Shown: positions 1 through 6,907 of the stretch, one piece after another
Position numbering within the stretch: position 1 is the first letter of the stretch
Layout: every line of letters starts with the position of its first letter
From: Candidatus Saccharimonadota bacterium
Lineage (GTDB): Archaea > Micrarchaeota > Micrarchaeia > Micrarchaeales > Micrarchaeaceae
Length of the DNA: 32,000 bases
Assembly (NCBI RefSeq): GCF_002214165.1
Contig: NZ_CP019964.1
Span: 750,001-782,000, forward strand
Direction: 5' to 3'
Program-made: the position numbers and the translations under genes
The notes under the pieces: model-generated
Told to the model about the DNA's origin: nothing
The model's input: only the letters and a program-made list of their open reading frames with translations
The model's database searches: none

Positions 1-695
1 CTGAATCTCTTGATTATTTAAAAGATTATGGAGTGATAGGTCTAGTTACTACAGTACAGCACCAGCACCAGCTTAGTGAGATAAAAGAATTTTATGAGAA
101 AAATGGAAAATCGATTATGATAGGCAAGCCCTATGGGCTGGCTAGGAAAGAAGGCCAAGTATTAGGGTGCGATGTTGGTAGCGCTACAACCATAGATAAA
201 AGCGTTGATGCATTTGTGTACTTCGGTGGAGGGGTATTCCACCCATTGGGGGCTGTGATAGCGACCACCAAGCCCTTCCTGATAATTGATCCATTCAACG
301 GAGAGGTCAAATTCATAGACTACATGAGAGAGCAGTACAGCAAGAGACGCAAAGGCCTTATAATGTCTTCGATTAATGCAAAGAAGTTTGGGCTTCTGGT
401 AAGCACAAAGAATGGCCAGTACAACAAAGCACTTGCCGACTTGTTGAAGAAAAAGATAGAGTCTTCCGGACTGCAGGCAGAGATTCTTATAACGAATACC
501 TTTGATTTTGGATCAATAGACAATATGATTGATATAGATGCTTTTGTAAATACAGCTTGCCCAAGAATAGCTATCGATGATGTTGACAGAATAAGGAAAC
601 CTTTATTGGATGCAAATGAGCTTATGGAAGTGCTTAAGATAAAGGAGGATTCAGAAAAGCTTAAAGAAATAGCGGAATCAGGATCACGGTCCTGA
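1..695 (+). CDS. dph2: Diphthamide biosynthesis protein Dph2 (2-(3-amino-3-carboxypropyl)histidine synthase), C-terminal ~230 aa; the 5' end lies outside the window
   Basis: Frame 3 is open from nt 3 (ESLDYLKDYGVIGLV...), so the GTG at 33 in the ORF track is not the true start. Dph2 signatures: GQVLGCD, GGGVFHPLG, AKKFGLLVSTKNGQ, ACPRIAIDD. Stop at 693-695. Confidence 0.8.
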   Translation, partial: ESLDYLKDYGVIGLVTTVQHQHQLSEIKEFYEKNGKSIMIGKPYGLARKEGQVLGCDVGSATTIDKSVDAFVYFGGGVFHPLGAVIATTKPFLIIDPFNGEVKFIDYMREQYSKRRKGLIMSSINAKKFGLLVSTKNGQYNKALADLLKKKIESSGLQAEILITNTFDFGSIDNMIDIDAFVNTACPRIAIDDVDRIRKPLLDANELMEVLKIKEDSEKLKEIAESGSRS

Positions 696-718
696 GTTTA
701 AAATAAAAAACAGAAAAA

Positions 719-1225
719 TCAGATTTTTGATTCTTTTAAGTTTTCTATTGCTACTTCTTTGGAATCAAATTTTTCGAATTTCATGAACTTCCCTTTTTCA
801 AGCTCTTTGTAATGCTCAAAGAAGTGCTTAATCTTGTCCTTCATATATTGTGGGAAATCCTCTATGTCCTTTATGCTTGAAAAAGACGGGTCAACCTTGT
901 CCACTGGGACTGCTATTACCTTGTTGTCGGACCCTTCTTCATCGGACATTATAGCTATACCTATTGGTCTGCATTTTATTATGTTTCCGGACCCTATAGG
1001 CTGCTGGGAGATTACAAGAATGTCCAATGGGTCTCCATCCTTTGCTTTTGTGCCTAATGCAAATCCGTAGTTTGTCGGATATACCATTGACGTAAAAAGA
1101 AATCTGTCTACGACTACATTGTCCAATTCTGGCTTGTATTCATACTTTATTCCACTTCCCATTGGAATTTCTATAAAGGAGTAGAAGGTTTCAGGAAAAT
1201 CGTCTGTTTGCTTAGAAAAATTCAT
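719..1225 (-). CDS. ppa: Inorganic pyrophosphatase, family I
   Basis: Signatures [44 protein letters not shown]. The ATG at 1225 is preceded by AGGTG (1232-1236, minus sense) and is preferred over the GTG at 1234 used by the ORF track. Confidence 0.9.
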   Translation of the reverse strand: MNFSKQTDDFPETFYSFIEIPMGSGIKYEYKPELDNVVVDRFLFTSMVYPTNYGFALGTKAKDGDPLDILVISQQPIGSGNIIKCRPIGIAIMSDEEGSDNKVIAVPVDKVDPSFSSIKDIEDFPQYMKDKIKHFFEHYKELEKGKFMKFEKFDSKEVAIENLKESKI

Positions 1226-1249
1226 TTGATGCACCTAAATACAAGAAGA

Positions 1250-1264
1250 ATTCAGCTTCGAGAA
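1250..1264 (-). repeat. 3'-flank arm of the pre-16S processing stem (ATTCAGCTTCGAGAA on the plus strand)
   Basis: Perfect 15-nt reverse complement of 3359-3373. The two arms bracket the 16S gene, as in archaeal pre-rRNA processing helices. Confidence 0.7.
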
Positions 1265-1734
1265 TTAATGCAGGTACCTTAACAACGTTTAATTTTTTGA
1301 GGTGATCTATCCGCAGGTTCCCCTACGGATACCTTGTTATACCTTAGCCCTCCTCGCGAAACCCTAACTCGAAAATGCCTAATGGCATCGCCTCGTTAAA
1401 ACCTCACTTGGGTGACTTGGTAGGCAGTGTGTGCAAGGAGCAGGGACAAATTCACCGCTCGATAGTGACAAGCGATTACTAGGGATTCCATCTTCATGAG
1501 GGCGAGTTGCAGCCCTCAATCCGAACTTAGGTCAGTTTTAGGGGATTTGCTTTGCCTTTCGGCATTGCGTCCCATTGTGCTGATCTTTGTATGCCGCGTG
1601 TAGCCCGGGAGATTCGGAGCATACTGACGTATCGTCGCTCTCTCCTTCCTCCTCTTTAAACAGAGGCGGTCTCAACAGAGTGCTCAACCTATCTCTAAGC
1701 TGGTGGCAACTGTTGACAAAAGTCTCGCTCGTTT

Positions 1735-2256
1735 CCGGGTTCAATGAATGACACGTGCAACCTTTAAGCTATAACCCTTTATAAGTGCTATAAACAGATT
1801 AGGGTTCAGCATAAATGATTTACTCTTTCCATTTGAATGTATGTTGAGCTTTTCCAATAATAGGGAATCACCCGCATCCAAACGATTGATATAAATCCTG
1901 CCATTGCTAGTCCTTCCTCCATTGTAATCAAATATCGCTGCAAAATATGCAGATGAATATTCATTCAGGTATTTGAATATAAAGGATTTCCTTTCTAAGG
2001 ATCTATCGAATAGCTTTTTCAATTTTGAATTATAAAGGGTTATCACGTTCAAATTCTCTTTTTTCTCTATATGTAACTTGCCAGGCTTTATCTCGAATTC
2101 GGATGTAAGCAGCTTTATAAATTTTTCCGCAAGCTCATCATCGCTTGTCTTCAAATTTATAAGGTCCTTGCTTCCGCATTCGTATAATCCTAACAAATAA
2201 CACCTATTAGGGTTAAGCTTTAGTTTTTGCACCATTTGTATCACTCATTAAACTTA
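1735..2256 (-). mobile_element. Intron within the 16S rRNA gene (~522 nt), archaeal splicing-endonuclease type, carrying a LAGLIDADG-like ORF
   Basis: Removing 1735-2256 joins ...GTTAAGTCCGG to AAACGAGCGAGAC..., restoring the universal GTTAAGTCCGGCAACGAGCG block at the correct length. CCGG occurs at both junctions, so the boundary is ambiguous by 4 nt. The intron ends are complementary (2252-2241 with 1751-1740). Confidence 0.8.
1741..2244 (-). CDS. Intron-encoded double-motif LAGLIDADG-family homing endonuclease-like protein (167 aa), possibly catalytically decayed
   Basis: The ORF fills 504 of the ~522 intron nt. Motif 1 is YLLGLYECGS (res 16-25) and motif 2 is YFAAIFDYNGG (res ~99-109), ~85 aa apart, in a size typical of monomeric LAGLIDADG enzymes. 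The start may be GTG 2244 or ATG 2235. Confidence 0.7.
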   Translation of the reverse strand: MIQMVQKLKLNPNRCYLLGLYECGSKDLINLKTSDDELAEKFIKLLTSEFEIKPGKLHIEKKENLNVITLYNSKLKKLFDRSLERKSFIFKYLNEYSSAYFAAIFDYNGGRTSNGRIYINRLDAGDSLLLEKLNIHSNGKSKSFMLNPNLFIALIKGYSLKVARVIH

Positions 2257-3358
2257 CCGGACTTAACCGGACAGTTCACACCACGAGCTGACGGTCGCCA
2301 TGCACTACCTCTCGGCTTGTCAGGTAAGATCTTTAGTCTGGCCTTCACACTGCCGTCGCTCCCGGTAATATTTCCGACGTTGGATTCAATTAAACCGTAG
2401 CATCCACCCCTTGTGTGCTCCCCCGCCAATTGCTTTAAGTTTTAATCTTGCGACCGTACTCCCCAGGCGGCAGACTTAACGCTTTTGCTACGGTACTGCA
2501 AGCATTCAAGATACTTGCAACACCAGAGTCTGCATAATTTACTGCTAGGGCTACTCGGGTATCTGATCCGATTCGTTCTCCTAGCCTTCGCTCCTCACCG
2601 TCGGATGCGTTCTGGTCAAGCGCCTTCGCCACCGTTAGTCCTTATAGGATTACAGGATTTTACCCCTCCCCTATAAGTACTCTTGACCTCACCCGCTCCC
2701 TAGTCAATGGGTATCTCATGCACGCATTGATGTTGAGCACCAATATTTCACATAAGACGGCATTGACCGGCTACGAGCGCTTTAAGCCCAATAATCGTGG
2801 ACACCACTTGTGCTGCGAGTATTACCGTGGCGGCTGCCACTCGTCTTGCCCAGCACTTATTCGCCAAGCTTGCTATACTTGGCAAAAGATTTACTTTCGT
2901 AAACCACTCAGATTCCCCCCATCATGCTTTCGCACATTGTGGAGTTTGCGCGCCTGCTGCACGCCGTAGCGCTAGGGCCCTTGCCTCAGTGCCCTTCTCG
3001 GGGCTTATGCTCCCACATCCCCTACGGGTTATAGGTATGGTGGGCCATTACCCCGCCATCTGCCTGATCCGCCGCAGTCTCATCGTAAAGCGGAAACACT
3101 CCAATTCATGCTCCTTTCGATTAAAACTCCTTCCAGATGTCTTAATCTATAAGGTATTAGCCTCAGTTTCCCAAGGTTATCCCTTTCTTTACGTTAGATT
3201 AACTACGTGTTACTGAGCCGTACGCTGCCCAAAGATGCCTTTGAGCTAACTTGCATGGCTGTCGAAATCTGATAGCAGTGTCCTCCAGCAGCATCGACTG
3301 GAATTACTGGCTGCACATTAATTTCAAAACTTAAAAATTGTTGGGTACCAATTTGCAC

Positions 3359-3373
3359 TTCTCGAAGCTGAAT
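3359..3373 (-). repeat. 5'-flank arm of the pre-16S processing stem (TTCTCGAAGCTGAAT on the plus strand)
   Basis: Perfect 15-nt reverse complement of 1250-1264. It lies 54 nt upstream of the 16S 5' end. Confidence 0.7.
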
Positions 3374-3455
3374 CCAATTCCAAGCAGGAATTTTCATATA
3401 ATACTTTGACAAGTTCATCTAAACTTATCAAAATTCATCAATATATTAGAGGGAA

Positions 3456-3469
3456 AGGTATAAATACCT
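3456..3469. promoter_or_regulatory. Palindromic TATA-like element AGGTATAAATACCT in the divergent 16S / M20-peptidase intergenic region; possible bidirectional promoter core
   Basis: 6-bp inverted arms (AGGTAT/ATACCT) around TATAAA/TTTATA. It lies ~150 nt upstream of the 16S 5' end and upstream of the processing-stem arm. No transcript data. Confidence 0.25.
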
Positions 3470-3657
3470 TATTATTTTTTGCTATTTTCTATTTGTCGTC
3501 TTAAGATTTGACAAATTAGCCGTTAAAAACTGCAAAAACTCCGCAAATTTCCCTATATTTTATTGGATTCACCACTTTTACATTGCCTGTGGTGCTCTGC
3601 CATTATCATGTAAACAAAACCAATAATAATATTTTATCGCCATATTTTGATGATTAC

Positions 3658-4872
3658 ATGGACGATGTATCCTATATAGATTCAATCAATAATAAGATAA
3701 ACAGTTATAAGGATGAAATGATCTCTTCTTTGTCGGAATTAGTTGGCATGCCTGCAATCTCCCCAGAGATAGGAGGCAAAGGCGAACTTGAGCGCGCAGG
3801 ATGGATAACTGAATTTCTTAAAGGCATTGGTGTAACTGAGATCAAGAGATATGATTACACTGATACAACAGGTGCTACAAGGCCAAATATAGTTTCTAAA
3901 GTGGGCACAAATAAAAGGACAATATGGATACTGTGCCACATGGACACGGTGGCTGCGGGCGATCTTTCGCTTTGGAAGCAGGATCCATTCAAGGCATACG
4001 TTGAAGATGGAAAGATTTATGGAAGGGGAACTAATGACAATGGCCAATCCTTGATAGCGACATTGTACGCTGCAAAAGCTATAATAGAGCTTAAGGTAAA
4101 CTTGCAGTATAACTTTGGCATGGTTTTTGTGGCAGATGAGGAGATAGGAAGCCATTACGGAGCAGAGAGACTGGCCAAGGAGGGCATATTTGGAAGCGAT
4201 GACATGATGCTTGTCCCTGATTGGGGAGTGCCAACAGGAGATAAAATAGAGATTGCAGAGAAAAGTATACTGTGGATTAAAGTTACTGCTTCTGGAAAAC
4301 AGGTACATGCAAGTACTCCTGAGGACGGAGTAAATGCTTATAAGCTAGCAGTAAAATTCCTTAATGACCTGGATGACCAACTCCATTCTAAGTATAATGT
4401 TAAAGATGAGAGGTTTGATTATCCGGTATCATCATTTGAAATGACAAAGCACGACAAGAACGTGGACAGCATAAACATAATACCGGGAAAAGATGTCTCT
4501 TACATTGATTGCAGAGTTTTGCCAAATTACAAGCTGGACGAGGTCATTGCAGACATGAAGGCATTGGCGGAAAAGCATTCCAAAAAAGGCAAGATCAATA
4601 TAGAGGTATTCAACAGGGAAGACGCTGCCAAGCCAACAGACGCAAATTCCGAGATTGTCCAACTGCTGTCAAAGAGGATAAACCAAATCAGGAAGATATC
4701 CGTTAGCACGGTTGGGATAGGGGGCGGCACAGTGGCAAAGTACTTCAGAGACAACGGCGTCCCAGTAGCTGTTTGGAGCACTGAGGATGATGTCGCACAC
4801 CAGCCGAATGAGTATTCCGTTATAGATGCTCTTGTTTCCGATTCAAAGGTATTTGCTTCTTTAGTGCTTTGA
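3658..4872 (+). CDS. M20-family metallopeptidase / deacylase (ArgE/DapE/LysK-like)
   Basis: Motifs HMDTV, GRGTNDNGQS, ADEEIGSHYG and a C-terminal HQPNEY. ATG 3658 (MDDVSYIDS...) is preferred; the ORF-track start at 3583 is a TTG with a non-homologous-looking leader. Confidence 0.8.
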   Translation: MDDVSYIDSINNKINSYKDEMISSLSELVGMPAISPEIGGKGELERAGWITEFLKGIGVTEIKRYDYTDTTGATRPNIVSKVGTNKRTIWILCHMDTVAAGDLSLWKQDPFKAYVEDGKIYGRGTNDNGQSLIATLYAAKAIIELKVNLQYNFGMVFVADEEIGSHYGAERLAKEGIFGSDDMMLVPDWGVPTGDKIEIAEKSILWIKVTASGKQVHASTPEDGVNAYKLAVKFLNDLDDQLHSKYNVKDERFDYPVSSFEMTKHDKNVDSINIIPGKDVSYIDCRVLPNYKLDEVIADMKALAEKHSKKGKINIEVFNREDAAKPTDANSEIVQLLSKRINQIRKISVSTVGIGGGTVAKYFRDNGVPVAVWSTEDDVAHQPNEYSVIDALVSDSKVFASLVL

Positions 4873-5643
4873 CTGCTTGATTAGCACAACCCTTGAATAG
4901 TTGTCAGCTACCATCGACAACCCTTTATCGGCCTTTACAAGTCTGCAGAACTCTGCAAAGATATTGTCCCCAGGATTAAACTCTTTTACACATTTGAGTG
5001 AAGAGCCCTCAAGTATCAGGTTTAGCATCTTGCTGCCCAAATCAAGTTTCAACTCTAGGCTGCTATCCTTGCCGCTTCTTATAATTTTGCTGCTGTCAAG
5101 GCTGGATATCTTTGCGAATATTCTTGTGTTTCCCGTTGAATGATCCATCTCCATATAAGGTTCTTGCTTTGATCTGCCCTTGTCCACTTTTTTTAAATCG
5201 GTGTCTTTTCCAGAATAAAGAAAATCATTATGCAGGTTAACCAGGGCGTTGCTTATCACTATTTCGTCACTGCTTTTGACCAATTTATTTGCTTTATCGA
5301 GTTTCTTGGACAATCTTGATGAGACGAAGAACTTAAGTGTATTTGGGGAGGAACCTATCACTACTAAGCGCTTGGCACCAAACAGCCTGTAACTTTTTAT
5401 TGATTCTTCATTAAATATCCTATATACTCTATCCTTTATATTGGCAGAATAGAACATGTTCTTGAATTCGTTCTTTATTAGGTCATCCCTCTTTTCTTCT
5501 ATTAATGACGCTAGTTCCTCCACGGATATGCACTCCGGTCCACTAAGGGATGCACAGAAATTATACCCTTCATATTTCAGCTTACCTGCTTGGTCTTTAT
5601 TTATCATGCCTTCGTATTCATCAATTATTTTTTCATAATCCAC
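4861..5643 (-). CDS. Hypothetical protein (260 aa); the C-terminal ~90 aa have an OB-fold-like pattern
   Basis: Long ORF with no competing frame. The C-terminal segment NTRIFAKISSLD...LELKLDLGSKMLNLILEGSS...FNPGDNIFAEFCRLV resembles the strand pattern of RPA-type OB folds. No named motif recognised. Its 3' end converges with and overlaps the M20 gene by 12 nt. Confidence 0.5.
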   Translation of the reverse strand: MDYEKIIDEYEGMINKDQAGKLKYEGYNFCASLSGPECISVEELASLIEEKRDDLIKNEFKNMFYSANIKDRVYRIFNEESIKSYRLFGAKRLVVIGSSPNTLKFFVSSRLSKKLDKANKLVKSSDEIVISNALVNLHNDFLYSGKDTDLKKVDKGRSKQEPYMEMDHSTGNTRIFAKISSLDSSKIIRSGKDSSLELKLDLGSKMLNLILEGSSLKCVKEFNPGDNIFAEFCRLVKADKGLSMVADNYSRVVLIKQSKH

Positions 5644-5746
5644 GAGGCCACACCATCCTTGATTTACTAGAGTTTATTATTATAAAAATAGAGTACAGTA
5701 AAGTATATATATTAAATACCATTAAGATTTATTTAGCAATCATTAA

Positions 5747-6136
5747 GTGACCTCCATGGATATAAGCATTAAAAAATTTTCTAAAGATAATTCCTTTGAA
5801 TTGGACTTTGACAATGGGCTAGAGATAGTCAAGAGGGGAGATAAAAAGCTTGTCTGGCTAGGCACTGAGCCAATAAGCAGGATAAGGAAGATCCTTGGCA
5901 TTGAAAAGAATAATGCAATATCCCTTAAGCCGGAAGAGGCGATATATTTCACTGAGGAACAGGCTAAAAAGATGGAAGGCTGTGTATTGCTATGCTATAA
6001 TGGCACTACGTCAGCATTTTTGAATAATTATTTCAAGAAAAAGTTTGGTGTCAATACCTATCTTTTGGATGGTGGCCTGAAGGGGCATGAAGACAACTAC
6101 AAATTATTTGATGACAGCCACCTTCTTAAGAAATAA
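5747..6136 (+). CDS. Small rhodanese-like domain protein (129 aa)
   Basis: The C-terminal half reads VLLCYNGTTSAFL...YLLDGGLKG, resembling the rhodanese active-site loop (C-x2-G-x2-S/T) and the terminal LxGG motif. The start may be GTG 5747 or ATG 5756. Confidence 0.45.
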   Translation: MTSMDISIKKFSKDNSFELDFDNGLEIVKRGDKKLVWLGTEPISRIRKILGIEKNNAISLKPEEAIYFTEEQAKKMEGCVLLCYNGTTSAFLNNYFKKKFGVNTYLLDGGLKGHEDNYKLFDDSHLLKK

Positions 6137-6153
6137 AGATAAAAACTTTTAGA

Positions 6154-6861
6154 CTAATCCTGCTCTATCATCTCTTCCAGCAATTTCAGTATGCTGGAGA
6201 AACTTTTTCCTTTTACATGTACATTTGCTGACTCTATTACTTCTACATCATCAGTATTGAAAGCAATTCCCAATCCTACTTCCCTTAAGGCATCTTTATC
6301 ATTAACCCCATCGCCGATGAAGAGCACGTTATCCAGGCTTATGCCTTCATTTTTGCAAATTTCGGATATCGCTTTTACCTTCCCCGAAAAGTTGTAATTA
6401 TGTATCTCTTTGTCCACAAGCCTGCCATTTTTATCAAATATGTAATGGTTTGATATGAACTCATAATCTATCTTTATGTTATTTGCTTCGGCAAAAATGT
6501 CAAATGCATTTTTAATGCTTCCAGAGACTACGGCAATTTTTATACCGTTTTTATGCAGGTAGTTTATCATTTTCTTAAGGCCTAACGCAGGCTTAAGGTG
6601 GCTTATTGCAAGTTCTAAGATGTCATCTTGCGTGACTCCGTGCTTTTGGTATAGTTCAAAGGACTTTATCGACCATTCCAGGAGTCTGGCTTCATCCAAG
6701 TTGTCTTTGTATTTTTCCCTAAGTTCCTGCGCCTCCTTGCCCAAGCCTTTCCTGCTGTCCAATAACCTGAATATGGAGCTTCCGTTCTTTGACCTTACAA
6801 TTGTGCCGTCAATATCAAAGACTGCTAATTTTATCTCCTTTTTGGTTTTATTGGTTGCCAT
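6154..6861 (-). CDS. HAD-superfamily hydrolase, subfamily IB (phosphoserine phosphatase-like)
   Basis: Motif I is AVFDIDGTIV, motif II VVSGS, motif IV GDGVNDKDAL. ATG 6861 (MATNKTKKEIKLAVFDIDGT) is preferred; the 6978 start would overlap the upstream gene by 71 nt. Confidence 0.85.
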   Translation of the reverse strand: MATNKTKKEIKLAVFDIDGTIVRSKNGSSIFRLLDSRKGLGKEAQELREKYKDNLDEARLLEWSIKSFELYQKHGVTQDDILELAISHLKPALGLKKMINYLHKNGIKIAVVSGSIKNAFDIFAEANNIKIDYEFISNHYIFDKNGRLVDKEIHNYNFSGKVKAISEICKNEGISLDNVLFIGDGVNDKDALREVGLGIAFNTDDVEVIESANVHVKGKSFSSILKLLEEMIEQD

Positions 6862-6907
6862 AGAATACTCCTCTATAAAAATACCTGTTAGATTAAGATT
6901 AAAAATA

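Larger units (their letters stand above)
1299..3305 (-). rRNA. rrs: 16S (SSU) rRNA gene, archaeal type, interrupted by one intron. About 2007 nt with the intron, about 1485 nt mature.
   Basis: The minus strand starts ATTCCAGTCGATGCTGCTGGAGG (3304-3282; compare archaeal ATTCCGGTTGATCCTGCCGGAGG). It ends ...GGTATCCGTAGGGGAACCTGCGGATAGATCACCTCA (~1299). Internal landmarks: GTGGCAGCCGCCACGGTAATAC (2840-2819), GCATGGCGACCGTCAGCTCGTGG...GGTTAAGTCCGG (ends 2257), AAACGAGCGAGAC (from 1734), GTCCCTGCTCCTTGCACACAC (around 1447-1427). The ends are approximate (+/- 3 nt). Confidence 0.95.

Noticed and set aside
1538-3418. ORF-track entries inside the 16S gene (1538-1744, 2241-2429, 2435-2632, 2485-2676, 2718-2969, 2797-3216, 3203-3418)
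   Set aside because: They lie wholly within or across rRNA sequence that aligns with universal 16S landmarks. Their composition (Arg/Cys/Pro-rich) is typical of translated structural RNA. Only the intron ORF at 1741-2244 has protein-like features.
3583-3657. Upstream TTG start for the M20 peptidase
   Set aside because: The 25 extra residues (PVVLCHYHVNKTNNNILSPYFDDY) look like translated AT-rich spacer. The first ATG at 3658 begins a family-typical helix.
3739-4308. Long antisense or alternative-frame ORFs shadowing real genes. Examples: 3739-4308, 4527-4781, 11804-12187, 13917-14297, 20298-20780, 21235-21657, 22852-23226, 25056-25516, 26939-27295.
   Set aside because: Each is fully contained in a longer ORF on the other strand or frame that has clear family motifs. 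The shadow ORFs have low-complexity, Cys/Phe/Ser/Leu-rich translations and no motifs.
5644-5746. C/D-box sRNA candidates in the intergenic spacers (5644-5746, 13530-13662, 16382-16440, 26429-26585, 27472-27708)
   Set aside because: I looked for RUGAUGA...CUGA pairs at ~50-60-nt spacing and found none convincing. AT-rich sequence gives only partial matches.
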